Shown: positions 1 to 11,706 of the stretch, piece by piece | Layout: every line of letters begins with the position of its first letter | Numbering within the stretch: the first letter of the stretch is position 1 | Origin: Mobula hypostoma | Taxonomy: Eukaryota | Assembly (NCBI RefSeq): GCF_963921235.1 | Contig: NC_086118.1 | Location: 19,842,001 to 19,906,000 of the forward strand | Length of the DNA: 64,000 nt | Direction: 5' to 3' | Program-made: the position numbers and the translations under genes | The notes under the pieces: model-generated | What the model was told of the DNA's origin: nothing | The model's input: only the letters and a program-made list of their open reading frames with translations | Database searches by the model: none

Positions 1-1438
1 ACTGATTGCCAACCGGAGAAACACCCAAGTTCCCAACTCTCTGCTTTCTGTTGGTTAACTGATTCTCTGTACATGCTACTACATCAACCCGAAGTCTACG
101 CATCTTTATCTTACGGATAAGTCTTTAATGTGGCACTTTATTGAATGCCTTCTGGAAATCCAAGTAAATAACGTCCATCTGCTCCCCACCATCCACTGCA
201 CTTGTTATATCCTCAAGGAACTTCAGTGTTTGTCAAACAGGACCTGCCTTTGCTGAATTCATGCTGTGTCTACATGATGGATGCATTTCTTTCCAGATGT
301 CTCACTATTTCTTCTTCAAGCATTTTCCCAACTACAGATGTTGAACTAATTGGCCTATAGTTACCTGCCTTTTGCCTACATCCTTTTTTGAACAGTGGCA
401 GGACATTCACCTTCCAATCCACCAAGACCTGCCCAGCGTCCAGAGAATTTTCGTAAATTATCACCAAAGCCTCAACTATAACCTCTGCCATTTCTTTCAG
501 TACCCTAGGATGCATTCCATCAGGACCAGGGGACTTGTCAATCTTTTAGCCCACAAGTTTGCTCAGTACTACTTCTTTAGTGATAGCTATTGTATCGAGG
601 TCCTCACCTCACATCACATCCATATCATCTCTTTTTGTCATATTAGACATATCCTCCACTGTGAAGACCGACACAAAATAGTTATTTAAAGCCTCTGCCA
701 TTTCCTCATTACCCAACATCAATTCCCACTTCTTGTCCTCCAAGGGATGCACATTCACTTTGTCCACCCTTTTCCACTTTATATAACTATAAAAACTTTT
801 ACTATCCCTTTTTATATTTTGTGCTAGTTTATTTACATAACCTATCTTCCCTTTCTTTATTGCTCGCTTAGTGGTCCTTTGATGCTTTATGAAGTTTTCC
901 CAAGCTTTCTGTTTCCCACTACTCTTAGCAACTTTGTATGCACGAGCTTTTAGTTTGCCCACCCTTACTATCCTTGCTTTTAACTGGAATATACCTTTGT
1001 TGAGCACTGTGAAAAATCTCTTTGAAAGTCTTCTGCTGTTCCTCAGCCATCTCACCATATAGCCTGTGTTCCCAGTCTACCCTATCCAACTCCTCCCTCA
1101 TCCCATTGTAGTCTCCCTTGTTTAGGCATAATACATTAGTTTTAGATCGAACTATTGCACTCTCCATTTGTATGAGAAACTCAATCATACTGTGATCACT
1201 CTTTCCGAGAGGATCCCTAACTATAAGATTGCTAATTTTACCTGTCTCATTGCAGAAGACCAGATCCAAAATAATATGTTCCCTTGTAGATTCAGTAACA
1301 TCCTGTTCGAGAAAGCTGTCACATATGCATTCTATGAAGTACTCCTCAAGACTGCCTTGAACATCTTGATTCACCCAATCTATGTGCAAGTTAAAGTTCC
1401 CCATGATAACTGCTGTTCCATTCTTACATGCTTCAAAT
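1..1438 (-). mobile_element. CR1 LINE, decayed ORF2 fragment (APE C-terminal half, tether, RT); continues beyond window start
   Basis: Frameshifted ORFs 925-1404 (MGNFN, ILDLV, GKSDH), 609-1058 and 270-515 (HPRVLKE, GNYRPIS) are CR1 ORF2 motifs. Confidence 0.92.
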
Positions 1439-2451
1439 ATGACAGTTTACAGTTACTATTCTATAGATTTGCTAAGTAAGTCTGCAGAAAAATAATCTTA
1501 GGGTTGTATGTGGTGACATGTATGTACTCTGATTACTTTGAACTTTGAACTTTAAAAGTAATGGCCTGATGAGGTGGATAACATATCAATCAAAGCACAG
1601 AATCTTGTATTTATACAGCATCCTTGAAATTGAAAAACATCCTAAGATGTTTCATGAGTATAATTGAGCAAATGTGATAGGGAAAGATTGCTTTACGTTT
1701 TAACAGATAATCTTTCATCATAACTAGTGATAGCTGACAGGCTTAGAAAATGCACATTAGTGCGTTGCTTTCTTTTTATTTCTGGATTTTACTTAAGGTT
1801 ATAAGAACGCATGAAATGAGATTACAAAGGGCAGGGAGACACTATAAAGTCCAGGAAGGAAACTAATATATCAGGAAAACAATGGACGATTAACAGACAT
1901 GTGAACTGGCAGGGAAAACCTGGATACAGATCACATGTAGGCAGATGTAGGATTAGTTTAGATTGGCATCATAGACTGAAGGGCCTTTTCCTGTGCTGTA
2001 CTTTGCTATGTTTTATGAATGATGATTGAGCTCCAACATATTATTCACATTCAATACTCACTGGTATCTGCAAGGCTTTCAGATGCCAAGACAACTTATT
2101 CCACTGATATGTTTTTTAAATGATTTCTTCAACTCTGTTATATAAGGCTGATATTTTACTTCTGGGACCCAGACTAAAATCTAACTAAGACAATTGCAAA
2201 GAAAATCTCAATTTCTCAATGGCCATTAAGAGACCTAACACTAGCTTCATCTCCCCAATCCCCAAAAGAAATATGCCTGCTACACAAGATCAATCTTGCT
2301 GCCTGCAATGTATTCTAAAGACAAAAATGCAATCAACTTTTTCTCTAGAAGCATTGCAGCTGAATAATAAACCAAAATAATCATTCAGCCATGCTGTCTC
2401 ACATTGAATTCCACTAATGGTCAAGGTTTGACTGCATGAGAAGCTTTCAAT

Positions 2452-3970
2452 TTCAAGTTCAAGTTTAATTGTCATCCGACAATACTTGAATCCCATGAAT
2501 GCAGCCAAAAAGAAAGTTACTCTGGGGCCGAGGGGCAAAACCCAGTACTGATAGTCATACCTGACACAAGGCACATAAAACACAAAGAACAGCGGTCCCC
2601 AACCACCGGGCCGCAGAGCATGTGCGAGGAAATGATATGCACCTTTCCTCATTCCCTGTCACGTATTGTTGAACTTGAACATCGGGTTGCCAACTGTCCC
2701 ATATTTGCCGGGACATCCTGTATATTGGTCTAAATTGGTGTGTCCCATACGGGACTGCCCTTGTCCCATATTTCCCCAGCTAAGGTAGAGCGTTCCTATG
2801 AAACCATTGATACCAAAATGGCGTGAAGCGAAGAAGCAATTACCAGTAATTTATATGGGAAAAATTTTTGAGCGTTCCCAGACCCAAAAAATAACCTAAC
2901 AAATCATACCAAATAACACGTAAAACCGAAAGTAAGACTAAAATATAGTAAAAGAAGGAATGATATGATAAATACACAGCCTATATAAAGTAGAAATAAT
3001 GTATGTACAGTATAGTCGGGAAGATGAAGGTAAAACTGATTTGTGGAAAAAAATCGGCACGTACGCGCATGCGCACACAGGTGCCCGCGCTAGGCTTCAT
3101 GGTCATGGTAGTCTTTCCTGGGGTAAAGTGTCTCGGAATTTGACTGCTACTTTTGTCCCTTATTTGGGAGTGAGAAAGTTGGCAACCCTAACTGTAAAAT
3201 GACATGTTGAGGTGAGTTTAACCACCCACCCACTCCCGGTCAGCCGGTCCGCAAGAATATTGTCAATATTAAACCGGTCCGCGGTGCAAAAAAGGTTGGG
3301 GACCCCTGACATAGAAGATAACAAGCATATATAAGGTGTCATTAAGATACATTCACACAAAAAAAGAGTCAAAACCCTGAGTCCATGAATGTTGCAGTAA
3401 TCTGCAATTGAACACAATGCGGCTTGCCTTCTGCCAAGCAAACACTGTGGGGCAACACCAACTCCAGCCTGGACGTAACACCCCACTGTCTCCAGTGAAG
3501 AGCACTGACTCCAGCGCCTCTTTCCTTGGCGGCTATAAATAGGAGACACCGTAGCTTGAGGCCTGGTCCTCCCTACCACCGAGGCCACACAGCTCCCCTG
3601 CCGGCCACCACACCATCCAACAAGAAATCAGTGAATTGGACTTGCAGCTTTCCACATTAGCAATATCCAACAGGGTCTAGCAATCACAAGAAAAGCGACT
3701 GAGACGATCACTCACTGCTAGAGAGCACACTGCCTTTGAGCACCGATGCCTCTCCGAAGCAGACAGCAGCTCAATTCGCACTTCAACTCCAGGTCCTTCA
3801 GTTTCTCCAGCAATGAGCAACTTGCTGCTGGGGCAGACCTGCAGTACGTTAAGTTCTTAATGTTCAGCAGGGTCCTGTGATTACAACAAGTACGGTTAAA
3901 AAAATAATAACACATTTGTTGACCCCGTAGAAGCTGCTGCGAGCGAACGTGCCTCCATCTTAACAGAAGC
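2452..3970 (-). mobile_element. Old non-autonomous retroposon with a (TTGAAC)n-type tail, interrupted by the hAT element
   Basis: Reverse tail ttcaagttcaagtttaattgtc at ~2452; AAGATGG-like head on the minus strand near 3960; family assignment uncertain. Confidence 0.4.
2590..3308. mobile_element. Non-autonomous hAT (Charlie-like) DNA transposon with an internal second hAT TIR pair
   Basis: TIRs CAGCGGTCCCCAACC (2590) / GGTTGGGGACCCCTG (ends 3308); 8-bp TSD ACAAAGAA / ACATAGAA (1 mismatch); internal IRs TCGGGTTGCCAAC (2682) / GTTGGCAACCCTA (ends 3190). Confidence 0.85.
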
Positions 3971-4851
3971 CTTTAAATGTATGCCAGCTGATACAATTTA
4001 CTGAAGTATTCCATTTAATACCACTTTTTGATTTTATTATCTCTGCACTTGTGAAGCCAACATAGCAATATGCTTTTCTGTACCAGTGAGAGGTCTGAAT
4101 CTTCTTGACAACACACAATCTATTGCTTCCACTTAAATCTCTTCCAACTGGAACTTCTGGGATTAACAGCTGTGAAAAACCATAACTTCCAACAGTGAAA
4201 AGCAGCTCTTTTGCTCATCATTTAATGCAGACAGAGTGACTTCCAGCTGTTGTTTATCTGTGCATCTCAAGTATCAACAAAAAAAACATCATTCAGTTAA
4301 ATGGGATGGAATTTCATACTAATCATAGATCACATTTGTTATCAAGTGCTTTGATACAGGTTGTGTAATTGATTTCTGATATGTTGCCCAACAAAATGAT
4401 TTTTTTTTATTCAACATAGCACAACAGCTCCCTTTCATTAGAAAGAGACTGCTTGCATTGTAGTGAAAACAATAAAGCCAGCCAAGAGTGGAAATGATTG
4501 GGTAATTCCCTTGCCAATCAAGCCCACTGACATTGATTCATGTACCTAATTGGAATAAAATTATCTTCCACTTCTTCAATTCACCACTCTAGCCTCTTAC
4601 CTCTTCTTCCTAACCTGCCTATCACCTCCCCGTTGCCCTTCCTCCTTCCCCTTCTCCCATGGTCCACTCTCCTCTTCTATCAGATTCCTTCTTCTCCTGT
4701 ACTTCACATTTTCCATCTACCAGCTTCTTACTTCATCTCCCCTCCTCCTACCATTAGGTTTCACCAACCACTTTCTAGCTTAGCCTACTTCCCTCCCCCC
4801 CCACCCCCACCTTTTATTTTCGCATATTTCCCCTGCCTTTACAGTCCTGAT

Positions 4852-6699
4852 AGAAACACAGAAACATAGAAAATAGGTGCAGGAGTAGGCCATTCGGCCC
4901 TTCGAGCCTGCACCGCCATTCAGTATGATCATGGCTGATCATCCAACTCAGAACCCTGTACCAGCCTTCCCTCCATACCCCCTGATCCCTTTAGCCACAA
5001 GGGCCATATCTAACTCCCTCTTAAATATAGCCAATGAACTGGCCTCAACTGTTTCCTGTGGCAGAGAATTCCACAGATTCACCACTCTTTGTGTGAAGAA
5101 GTTTTTCCTAATCTCGGTCCTGAAAGGCTGCCCCTTTATCCTCAAACTGTGATCCCTCGTTCTGGACTTCCCCAACATCCGGAACAATCTTCCTGCATTT
5201 AGCCTGTCCAATCCCTTTAAGATTTTATACGTTTCAATCAGATCCCCCCTCAATCTTCTAAATTCCGACGAGTATAAGCCTAGTTCATCCAGTCTTTCAT
5301 CACATGAAAGTCCTGCCATCCCGGGAATCAATCTGGTGAACCTTCTTTGTACTCCCTCTATGGCAAGGATGTCTTTCCTCAGATTAGGGGACCAAAACTG
5401 CACACAATACTCCAGGTGTGGTCTCACCAAGGCCTTGTACAACTGCAGTAGTACCTCCCTGCTCCTGTACTCGAATCCTCTCGCTATAAATGCCAGCATA
5501 CCATTCGCTTTTTTCACCGCCTGCTGTACCTGCATGCCCACTTTCAATGACTGGTGTATAATGACACCTAGGTCTCGTTGCACCTCCCCTTTTCCTAATT
5601 GGCCACCATTCAGATAATAATCTGTTTTCCTGTTTTTGCCACCAAAGTGGATAACTTCACATTTATCCACATTAAATTGCATCTGCCATGAATTTGCCCA
5701 CTTACCTAACCTATCCAAGTCACCCTGCATCCTCTTAGCATCCTCCTCACTGCTAACACTGCCACCCAGCTTCGTGTCATCCGCAAACTTAGAGATGCTG
5801 CATTTAATTCCCTCATCCAAGTCATTAATATATATTGTAAACAACTGGGGTCCCAGCACTGAGCCTTGCAGTACCCCACTAGTCACCGCCTGCCATTCTG
5901 AAAAGGTCCCGTTTATTACCACTCTTTGCTTCCTGTCTGCCAACCAATTCTTTATCCACATCAATACCTTACCCGCAATACCGTGTGCTTTAAGTTTGCA
6001 CACTAATCTCCTGTGTGGGACCTTGTCAAAAGCCTTTTGAAAATCCAAATATACCACATCCACTGGTTCTCCCCTATCCACTCTACTAGTTACATCCTCA
6101 AAAAATTCTATGAGATTCGTCAGACATGATTTTCCTTTCACAAATCCATGCTGACTTTGTCCGATGATTTCACCGCTTTCCAAATGTGCTGTTATCACAT
6201 CTTTGACAACTGACTCTAGCAGTTTCCCCACCACCGATGTTAGGCTAACCGGTCTATAATTCCCCGGTTTCTCTCCCCCTCCTTTTTTAAAAAGTGGGGT
6301 TACATTAGCCACCCTCCAATCCTCAGGAACTAATCCAGAATCTAAAGAGTTTTGAAAAATTATCACTAATGCATCCACTATTTCTTGGGCTACTTCCTTA
6401 AGCACTCTGGGATGCAGACCATCTGGCCCTGGGGATTTATCTGCCTTTAATCCCTTCAATTTATCTACCACCACTTCCCTACTAACATGCATTTCCCTCA
6501 GTTCCTCCATCTCACTGGACCCTCTGTCCCCTTCTATTTCCGAAAGATTATTTATGTCCTCCTGAGTGAAGACAGAACCAAAGTAATTATTCAATTGGTC
6601 TGCCATCTCCTTGTTCCAATCACCTGTTTCAATTCACCTGTTTCTGTCTGTAGGGGACCTACATTTGTCTTAACCAATCTTTTTCTTTTCACATGTCTA
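4852..6699 (-). mobile_element. Young 5'-truncated CR1 LINE (family A, copy 1)
   Basis: (AGAAACAT)n tail at ~4852, CR1 3'UTR, uninterrupted RT ORF; possible 4-bp TSD TGAT (4848-4851 / 6700-6703). Confidence 0.97.
4948..6606 (-). CDS. CR1 ORF2 reverse transcriptase portion (552 aa open; endonuclease lost to 5' truncation)
   Basis: KSPGPDG, NYRPVSL, QHGF, YLDFQKAFDKVPH, GVLQGSVLGP, KFADD, DLGV motifs; no promoter or APE, so probably not expressed. Confidence 0.9.
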   Translation of the reverse strand: MADQLNNYFGSVFTQEDINNLSEIEGDRGSSEMEELREMHVSREVVVDKLKGLKADKSPGPDGLHPRVLKEVAQEIVDALVIIFQNSLDSGLVPEDWRVANVTPLFKKGGGEKPGNYRPVSLTSVVGKLLESVVKDVITAHLESGEIIGQSQHGFVKGKSCLTNLIEFFEDVTSRVDRGEPVDVVYLDFQKAFDKVPHRRLVCKLKAHGIAGKVLMWIKNWLADRKQRVVINGTFSEWQAVTSGVLQGSVLGPQLFTIYINDLDEGIKCSISKFADDTKLGGSVSSEEDAKRMQGDLDRLGKWANSWQMQFNVDKCEVIHFGGKNRKTDYYLNGGQLGKGEVQRDLGVIIHQSLKVGMQVQQAVKKANGMLAFIARGFEYRSREVLLQLYKALVRPHLEYCVQFWSPNLRKDILAIEGVQRRFTRLIPGMAGLSCDERLDELGLYSSEFRRLRGDLIETYKILKGLDRLNAGRLFRMLGKSRTRDHSLRIKGQPFRTEIRKNFFTQRVVNLWNSLPQETVEASSLAIFKRELDMALVAKGIRGYGGKAGTGF

Positions 6700-7159
6700 T
6701 GATGAAGAGTCTTGGTTGTTTGCTAATTTTCAGAGATGCTGCCTGACCTGCTGAGTTTTTCTAACATTTTGTGTGTGTTGCTCTGGATTTCCAGTTCCAC
6801 TTATTATGTTCCACTTGTTCCATTTTTTCTTCTGGGGAAATTACCCCACTGTTATTGGGAGAAGTTGCTGTAGTTTTTGCTGCCTTCATATTTTGAACAG
6901 ATTTTGTTTTCTTGGTAAATTAACTTTGATTGAAATACATTGATCTGTTTGCTGTGAGAATGCACATGTTCCCCTATAGTCAGTGACTACTGCAGGGTTG
7001 TCAGTAGTTATGCTGGTAGAAATAAGAGCGAATGGAATGGGAAACAAATTGTTGCCGTGATCAATGGAGATATTCGTGGGAACAAATGTAATGGAGCATT
7101 ATTCAACTTCTTGATACAGAAAGACATTTTAAAATTTACTTAAAGTGAGATGCATGTAG

Positions 7160-7530
7160 CTTAACCTGTACAGTTTGGAGTGTAAAAATCATAAGGTTCA
7201 AGGCCCATTCCAGCGACTTCACGAAGTCCAGACTGCCACCTTGTTGAAATAATGGGAGAATACTGTACAAACAGTGATGCCATTCTTCAAAGACATTAAA
7301 CAGATACTTTACCTTCCCTCTGTGGGGAAATTGTAATTTTGAGAAAGAATAGGGAAATTCATCTTCTTGTTCTAGTCAACATTTACAGTATCATTCAAAA
7401 CAACACTGCAGATGGGATCTTGCTCTCTCCAAAAATATAGCCACATTTTTAACATTATATGGGCCGCTACAATGCAAATCTACTTCACTCTGAGGTAAAG
7501 AAAGCATTTTAAAAGTGCCTTTATCTAAGT
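7160..7530 (+). mobile_element. Ancient Deu-domain SINE (SacSINE1/AmnSINE1-like), highly diverged
   Basis: tRNA-like B-box remnant (aaggttcaaggccc), then ttgagaaagaatagggaaatt...gttctagtcaacattta...gggatcttgct..., resembling the Deu core from memory. Confidence 0.55.
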
Positions 7531-7754
7531 AGATTATTGGTCTTATTCTTTTTTCCTTCGGTTTGGTACAATTTGCATTATCTTGGAGCTTTCATGGGCC
7601 AATTTTGTGTCATGGCAGATTACAAGATTTAAAGTATTCACAAGAAAAATATGATATTCTTTCAATTGTAACAACTAAGAGAACATAGAACACAGAGAAC
7701 ATAGAGTAGTACAGCACAGTACAGGCCCTTCAGCCCACAATGTTGTGCCAACCC

Positions 7755-10560
7755 TCAAACCCTGCCTCTCATATAAGCCCCCGCCTTAAATTCTTCCATA
7801 TACCTGTCTAGTAGCCTCTTAAACTTCACCAGTGTATCTGCCTCCACCACTGACTCAGGCAGTGCATCCCACGCACCAACCGCTCTCTGAGTAAAAAAAC
7901 TTCCTCTAATATCCCCCTTGAACTTCCCACCCCTTACCTTAAAGCCATGTCCTCTTGTATTGAGCAGTGGTGCCCTGGGGAAGAGGCGCTGGCTATCCAC
8001 TCTATCTATTCCTCTTATTATCTTGTACACCTCTATCATGTCTCCTCTCATCCTCCTTCTCTCCAAAGAGTAAAGCCCTAGCTCCCGTAATCTCTGATCA
8101 TAATGCATACTCTCTAAACCAGGCAGCATCCTGGTAAATCTCCTCTGTACCCTTTCCAATGCTTCCACATCCTTCCTATAGTGAGGCGACCAGAACTGGA
8201 CAAAGTATTCCAAGTGTGGCCTAACCAGATTTTTATAGAGCTGCATCATTACATCGCGACCCTTAAACTCTATCCCTCAACTTATGAAAGCTAACACCCC
8301 ATAAGCTCTCTTATCTACCCTATCCACCTGTGAGGCAACTTTCAGGGATCTGTGGACATGTGCCCCCAGATCCCTCTGCTCTTCCACACTACCAAGTATC
8401 CTGCCATTTACTTTGTACTCTGCCTTGGAGTTTGTCCTTCCAAAGTGTACCACCTCACACTTCTCCAGGTTGAACTCCATCTGCCACTTCTCAGCCCACT
8501 TCTGCATCCTATCAATGTCTCTCTGCAATCTTTGACAATCCTCTACACCATCTACAACACCACCAACCTTTGTGTCATCTGCAAACTTGCCAACCCACCC
8601 TTCTACCCCCACATCCAGGTCGTTAATAAAAATCACGAAAAGTAGAGGTCCCAGAACAGATCCTTGTGGGACACCACTAGTCACAATCCTCCAATCTGAA
8701 TGTACTCCCTCCACCACGATCCTCTGCCTTCTGCAGGCAAGCCAATTCTGAATCCACCTGGCCAAACTTCCCTGGATCCCATGCCTTCTGACTTTCTGAA
8801 TAAGCTTACCATGTGGAACCTTGTCAAATGCCTTACTAAAATCCATATAGATCACATCCACTGCACTACCCTCATCTATATGCCTGTTCACCTCCTCAAA
8901 GAACTCTATCAGGCTTGTTAGACACGATCTGCCCTTCACAAAGCCATGCTGACTGTCCCTAATCAGACCATGATTCTCCAAATGCCCAGAGATCCTATCT
9001 CTAAGAATATTTTCCAACAGCTTTCCCACTACAGACATAAGGCTTACTGGTCTATAATAACCCGGACTATCCTTACTTCCTTTTTTGAACAAGGGGACAA
9101 CATTTGCCTCCCTCCAATCCTCCAGTACCATTCCTGTGGACAACGAGACATAAAGATCCTGGCCAGAGGCTCAGCAATCTCTTCCCTCGCCTCGTGGAGC
9201 AGCCTGGGGAATATTCCATCAGGCCCCAGGGACTTATCCATCCTAATGTATTTTAACAACTCCAACACCTCCTCTCCCTTAATATCAACATGTTCCAGAA
9301 CATCAACCTCACTCATATTGTCCTCACCATCATCAAGTTCCCTCTCATTGGTGAATATTGAAGAGAAGTATTCATTGAGGACCTCGCTCACTTCCACAGC
9401 CTCCAGGCACATCTTCCCACCTTTAACTCTAATCGGTCCTACTTTCACTTCTGTCATCCTTTTTTTCTTCACATAATTGAAGAATGCCTTGGGGTTTTCC
9501 TTTACCCTACTCACCAAGGCCTTCTAATGCCCCCTTCTTGCTCTTCTCAGCCTTCTTAAGCTCCTTTCTTGCTTCCCTATATTCCTCAATAGACCCATCT
9601 GATCCTTGCTTCCTAAACCTCATGTATGCTGCCTTCTTCCACCTGACTAGATTTTCCACCTCACTTGTCACCCACGGTTCCTTCACCTTACCATTCTTTA
9701 TCTTCCTCACTGGGACAAATTTATCCCTAACATCCTACAAGAGATCTCTAAACATCGACCACATGTCCATAGTACATTTCCCTGCAAAAACATCATCCCA
9801 ATTCACACCCGCAAGTTCTAGCCTTATAGCCTCATAATTTGCCCTTCCCCAGTTGAAAATTTTCCTGTCCTCTCTGATTTTATCCTTTTCCATGATAATG
9901 CTAAAGGCCAGGGAGCGGTGGTCACTGTCCCCCAGATGCTCACCCACTGAGAGATCTGTGACCTGACCCGGTTCATTACCTAGTACTAGATCTAGTATGG
10001 CATTCCCCCTAGTCGGCCTGTCCACATACTGTGACAGGAATCCGTCCTGGACACACTTAACAAACTGTGCCCCATCTGAACCCTTGGAACTAATCAGGTG
10101 CCAATCAACATTAGGGAAGTTAAAGTCACCCATGATAACAAGCCTGTTATTTTTGCACCTTTCCAAAAAATCTGCCTCCCAATCTGCTCCTCTGTATCTC
10201 TGCTGCTACCAGGGGGTTCTATAGAATACCCCCAGTAGGGTAACTGCTCCCTTCCTGTTCCTGACTTCCACCCATACTGACTCAAAAGAGGATCCTGCTA
10301 CATTACCCACCCTTTCTGTAGCTGTAATAGTATCCCTGACCAGTAATGCCACCCCTCCTCCCCTTTTTCCACCCTCTCTATCCCTTTTAAAGCACTGATA
10401 TCCAGGAATATTGAGAATCCGTTCCTGCCCTGGTGCCAGCCAAGTCTCTGTAATCGCCACTACATCATAATTCCATGTATGTATCCAAGCTCTTAATTCA
10501 TCACCTTTGTTCCTGATTCTTCTTGCATTGAGGTACACACAATTCAGCCCTTCTACCTTA
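7755..10560 (-). pseudogene. CR1 family B ORF2 (APE endonuclease + RT), frameshifted
   Basis: Consecutive ORFs 10206-10700, 9735-10166, 9507-9710, 9044-9517, 8277-9143, 7755-8249 tile one polyprotein. Confidence 0.93.
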
Positions 10561-10696
10561 CTGTCTTTACACCATTTATTCTGCTTCTCTTTCCTCAAAG
10601 CCTCTCTGTATGTTAGATCTGGCTTTACTCCATGCACTTCTTTCACTGCTCTATCGCTCTGAGTCCCATCCCCCTTGCAAATTAGATTAAACCCTC

Positions 10697-11624
10697 TCAA
10701 ACCATGCTAGCATACCTACCTGCAAGGATATTGATCCCCCTCGAGTTCAGGTGCAACCCATCCAATCTGTACAGGTCCCACCTTTCCCAGAAGAGATCCC
10801 AATGATCTAAAAATCTAAAACCCTGCTCCCTGCAGCAACTTCTCAGCCACGCATTCAACTGCCATCTCCTCCAATTCTTACTATCACTGTCACGTAGCAT
10901 TGGCAGCAATCCTGAGAACGCCACCCTTGAGGTCCTGTTCTTCAGCCTTCTGTCTACTTCCCGAAACTCACACTTCAGGACCTCATCCCTCTTCCTGCCT
11001 ATGTCATTGGTCCCAACATGTATCATGACTTCTGGTTGCTTTCCCTCACGTACCCAGGATATCGTGCACCCGGTCAGAGACATCCCGGACCCTGGCACCC
11101 GGGAGGCAACAAACCATGCGGGTGTCCTTCTCACGTCCACAAAATCTCCTGTCTGCACCCCTGACTATAGAGTCTCTAACGACAACAGCTCTCCTCTTCT
11201 CCGTCCCACCCTTCTGCACCACCGGGTCAGAATCAGTGCCGGAGGCCCTACCACTGTGGCTCACACCTGGTCGGTTGACCCCGCCAACAGTATCCAGGAC
11301 GGTAAACTTATTATTCAGGGGAATGGCTACAGGGGTGCTCTGCACTACCTGTCTGCTCAACTTTGCTTTCCCCCCTCTGACTGTTACCTAACGACCTGCT
11401 TCTGACAGCCTAGGTGTGACTACCTCCCTGTAGCTCTCATCTATGACCGCCTCATTCTCCCTTATGAGTCGAAGGTCATCCAGCTGCTGCTCCAGGTTCC
11501 TTACACGGTCTTCCAGATCGCCCAGCCATATGCACTTTTGGCAGATGTGACTCTGCGGGAGAGGGGATTTCCCCCAAGACTGCCACATCTCACATGAGAG
11601 GCACATCACTGTCTCAGGAGACAT
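10697..11624 (-). pseudogene. CR1 ORF1: CxxC...CxxC zinc finger, coiled coil, SGNH/GDSL esterase; two frameshifts
   Basis: MSPETVMCLSC...ICQKC, LEDRVRNLEQQLDDL; esterase blocks VVVRDSIVRG, LPGARV, IHVGTNDI, DGLHLN. Confidence 0.9.
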
Positions 11625-11706
11625 TGTAAAAACTAACTGCGAGCAAACTTGTCCTCCGCCTCTTCTCATCGAAGCCTCTCGAGTCAAAGCCTCAAAGCTC
11701 CACTCC

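Larger units (their letters stand above)
4560..6795 (+). mobile_element. Penelope-like element 3' region/pseudo-LTR, split by a CR1 insertion
   Basis: Pyrimidine-rich tract, then cagtcctgat|CR1|gatgaagagtc...gatgctgcctgacctgctgagt...tgtgtgtgttgc, the same pLTR sequence as at 19.3, 26.2 and 42.4 kb. Confidence 0.75.
7678..11706 (-). mobile_element. Near full-length CR1 LINE (family B) with ORF1 and ORF2, several frameshifts
   Basis: (GAACATA)n-type tail at ~7678; RT (8277-9143), APE (YLNARRI, ITETW, GGGVAL, MGDFN, GDSDH), ORF1 upstream. Confidence 0.97.

Noticed and set aside
5336..6040. Recurrent antisense ORFs (MNLLCTPSM..., MPPKWITSHL...), also at 13138-13842 and 38097-38801
   Set aside because: Shadows of the CR1 RT frame, repeated only because the LINE is repeated
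4948..6606. 552-aa ORF as a domesticated RT gene
   Set aside because: Near-identical to two other young copies and 5'-truncated; an open frame is explained by recent insertion
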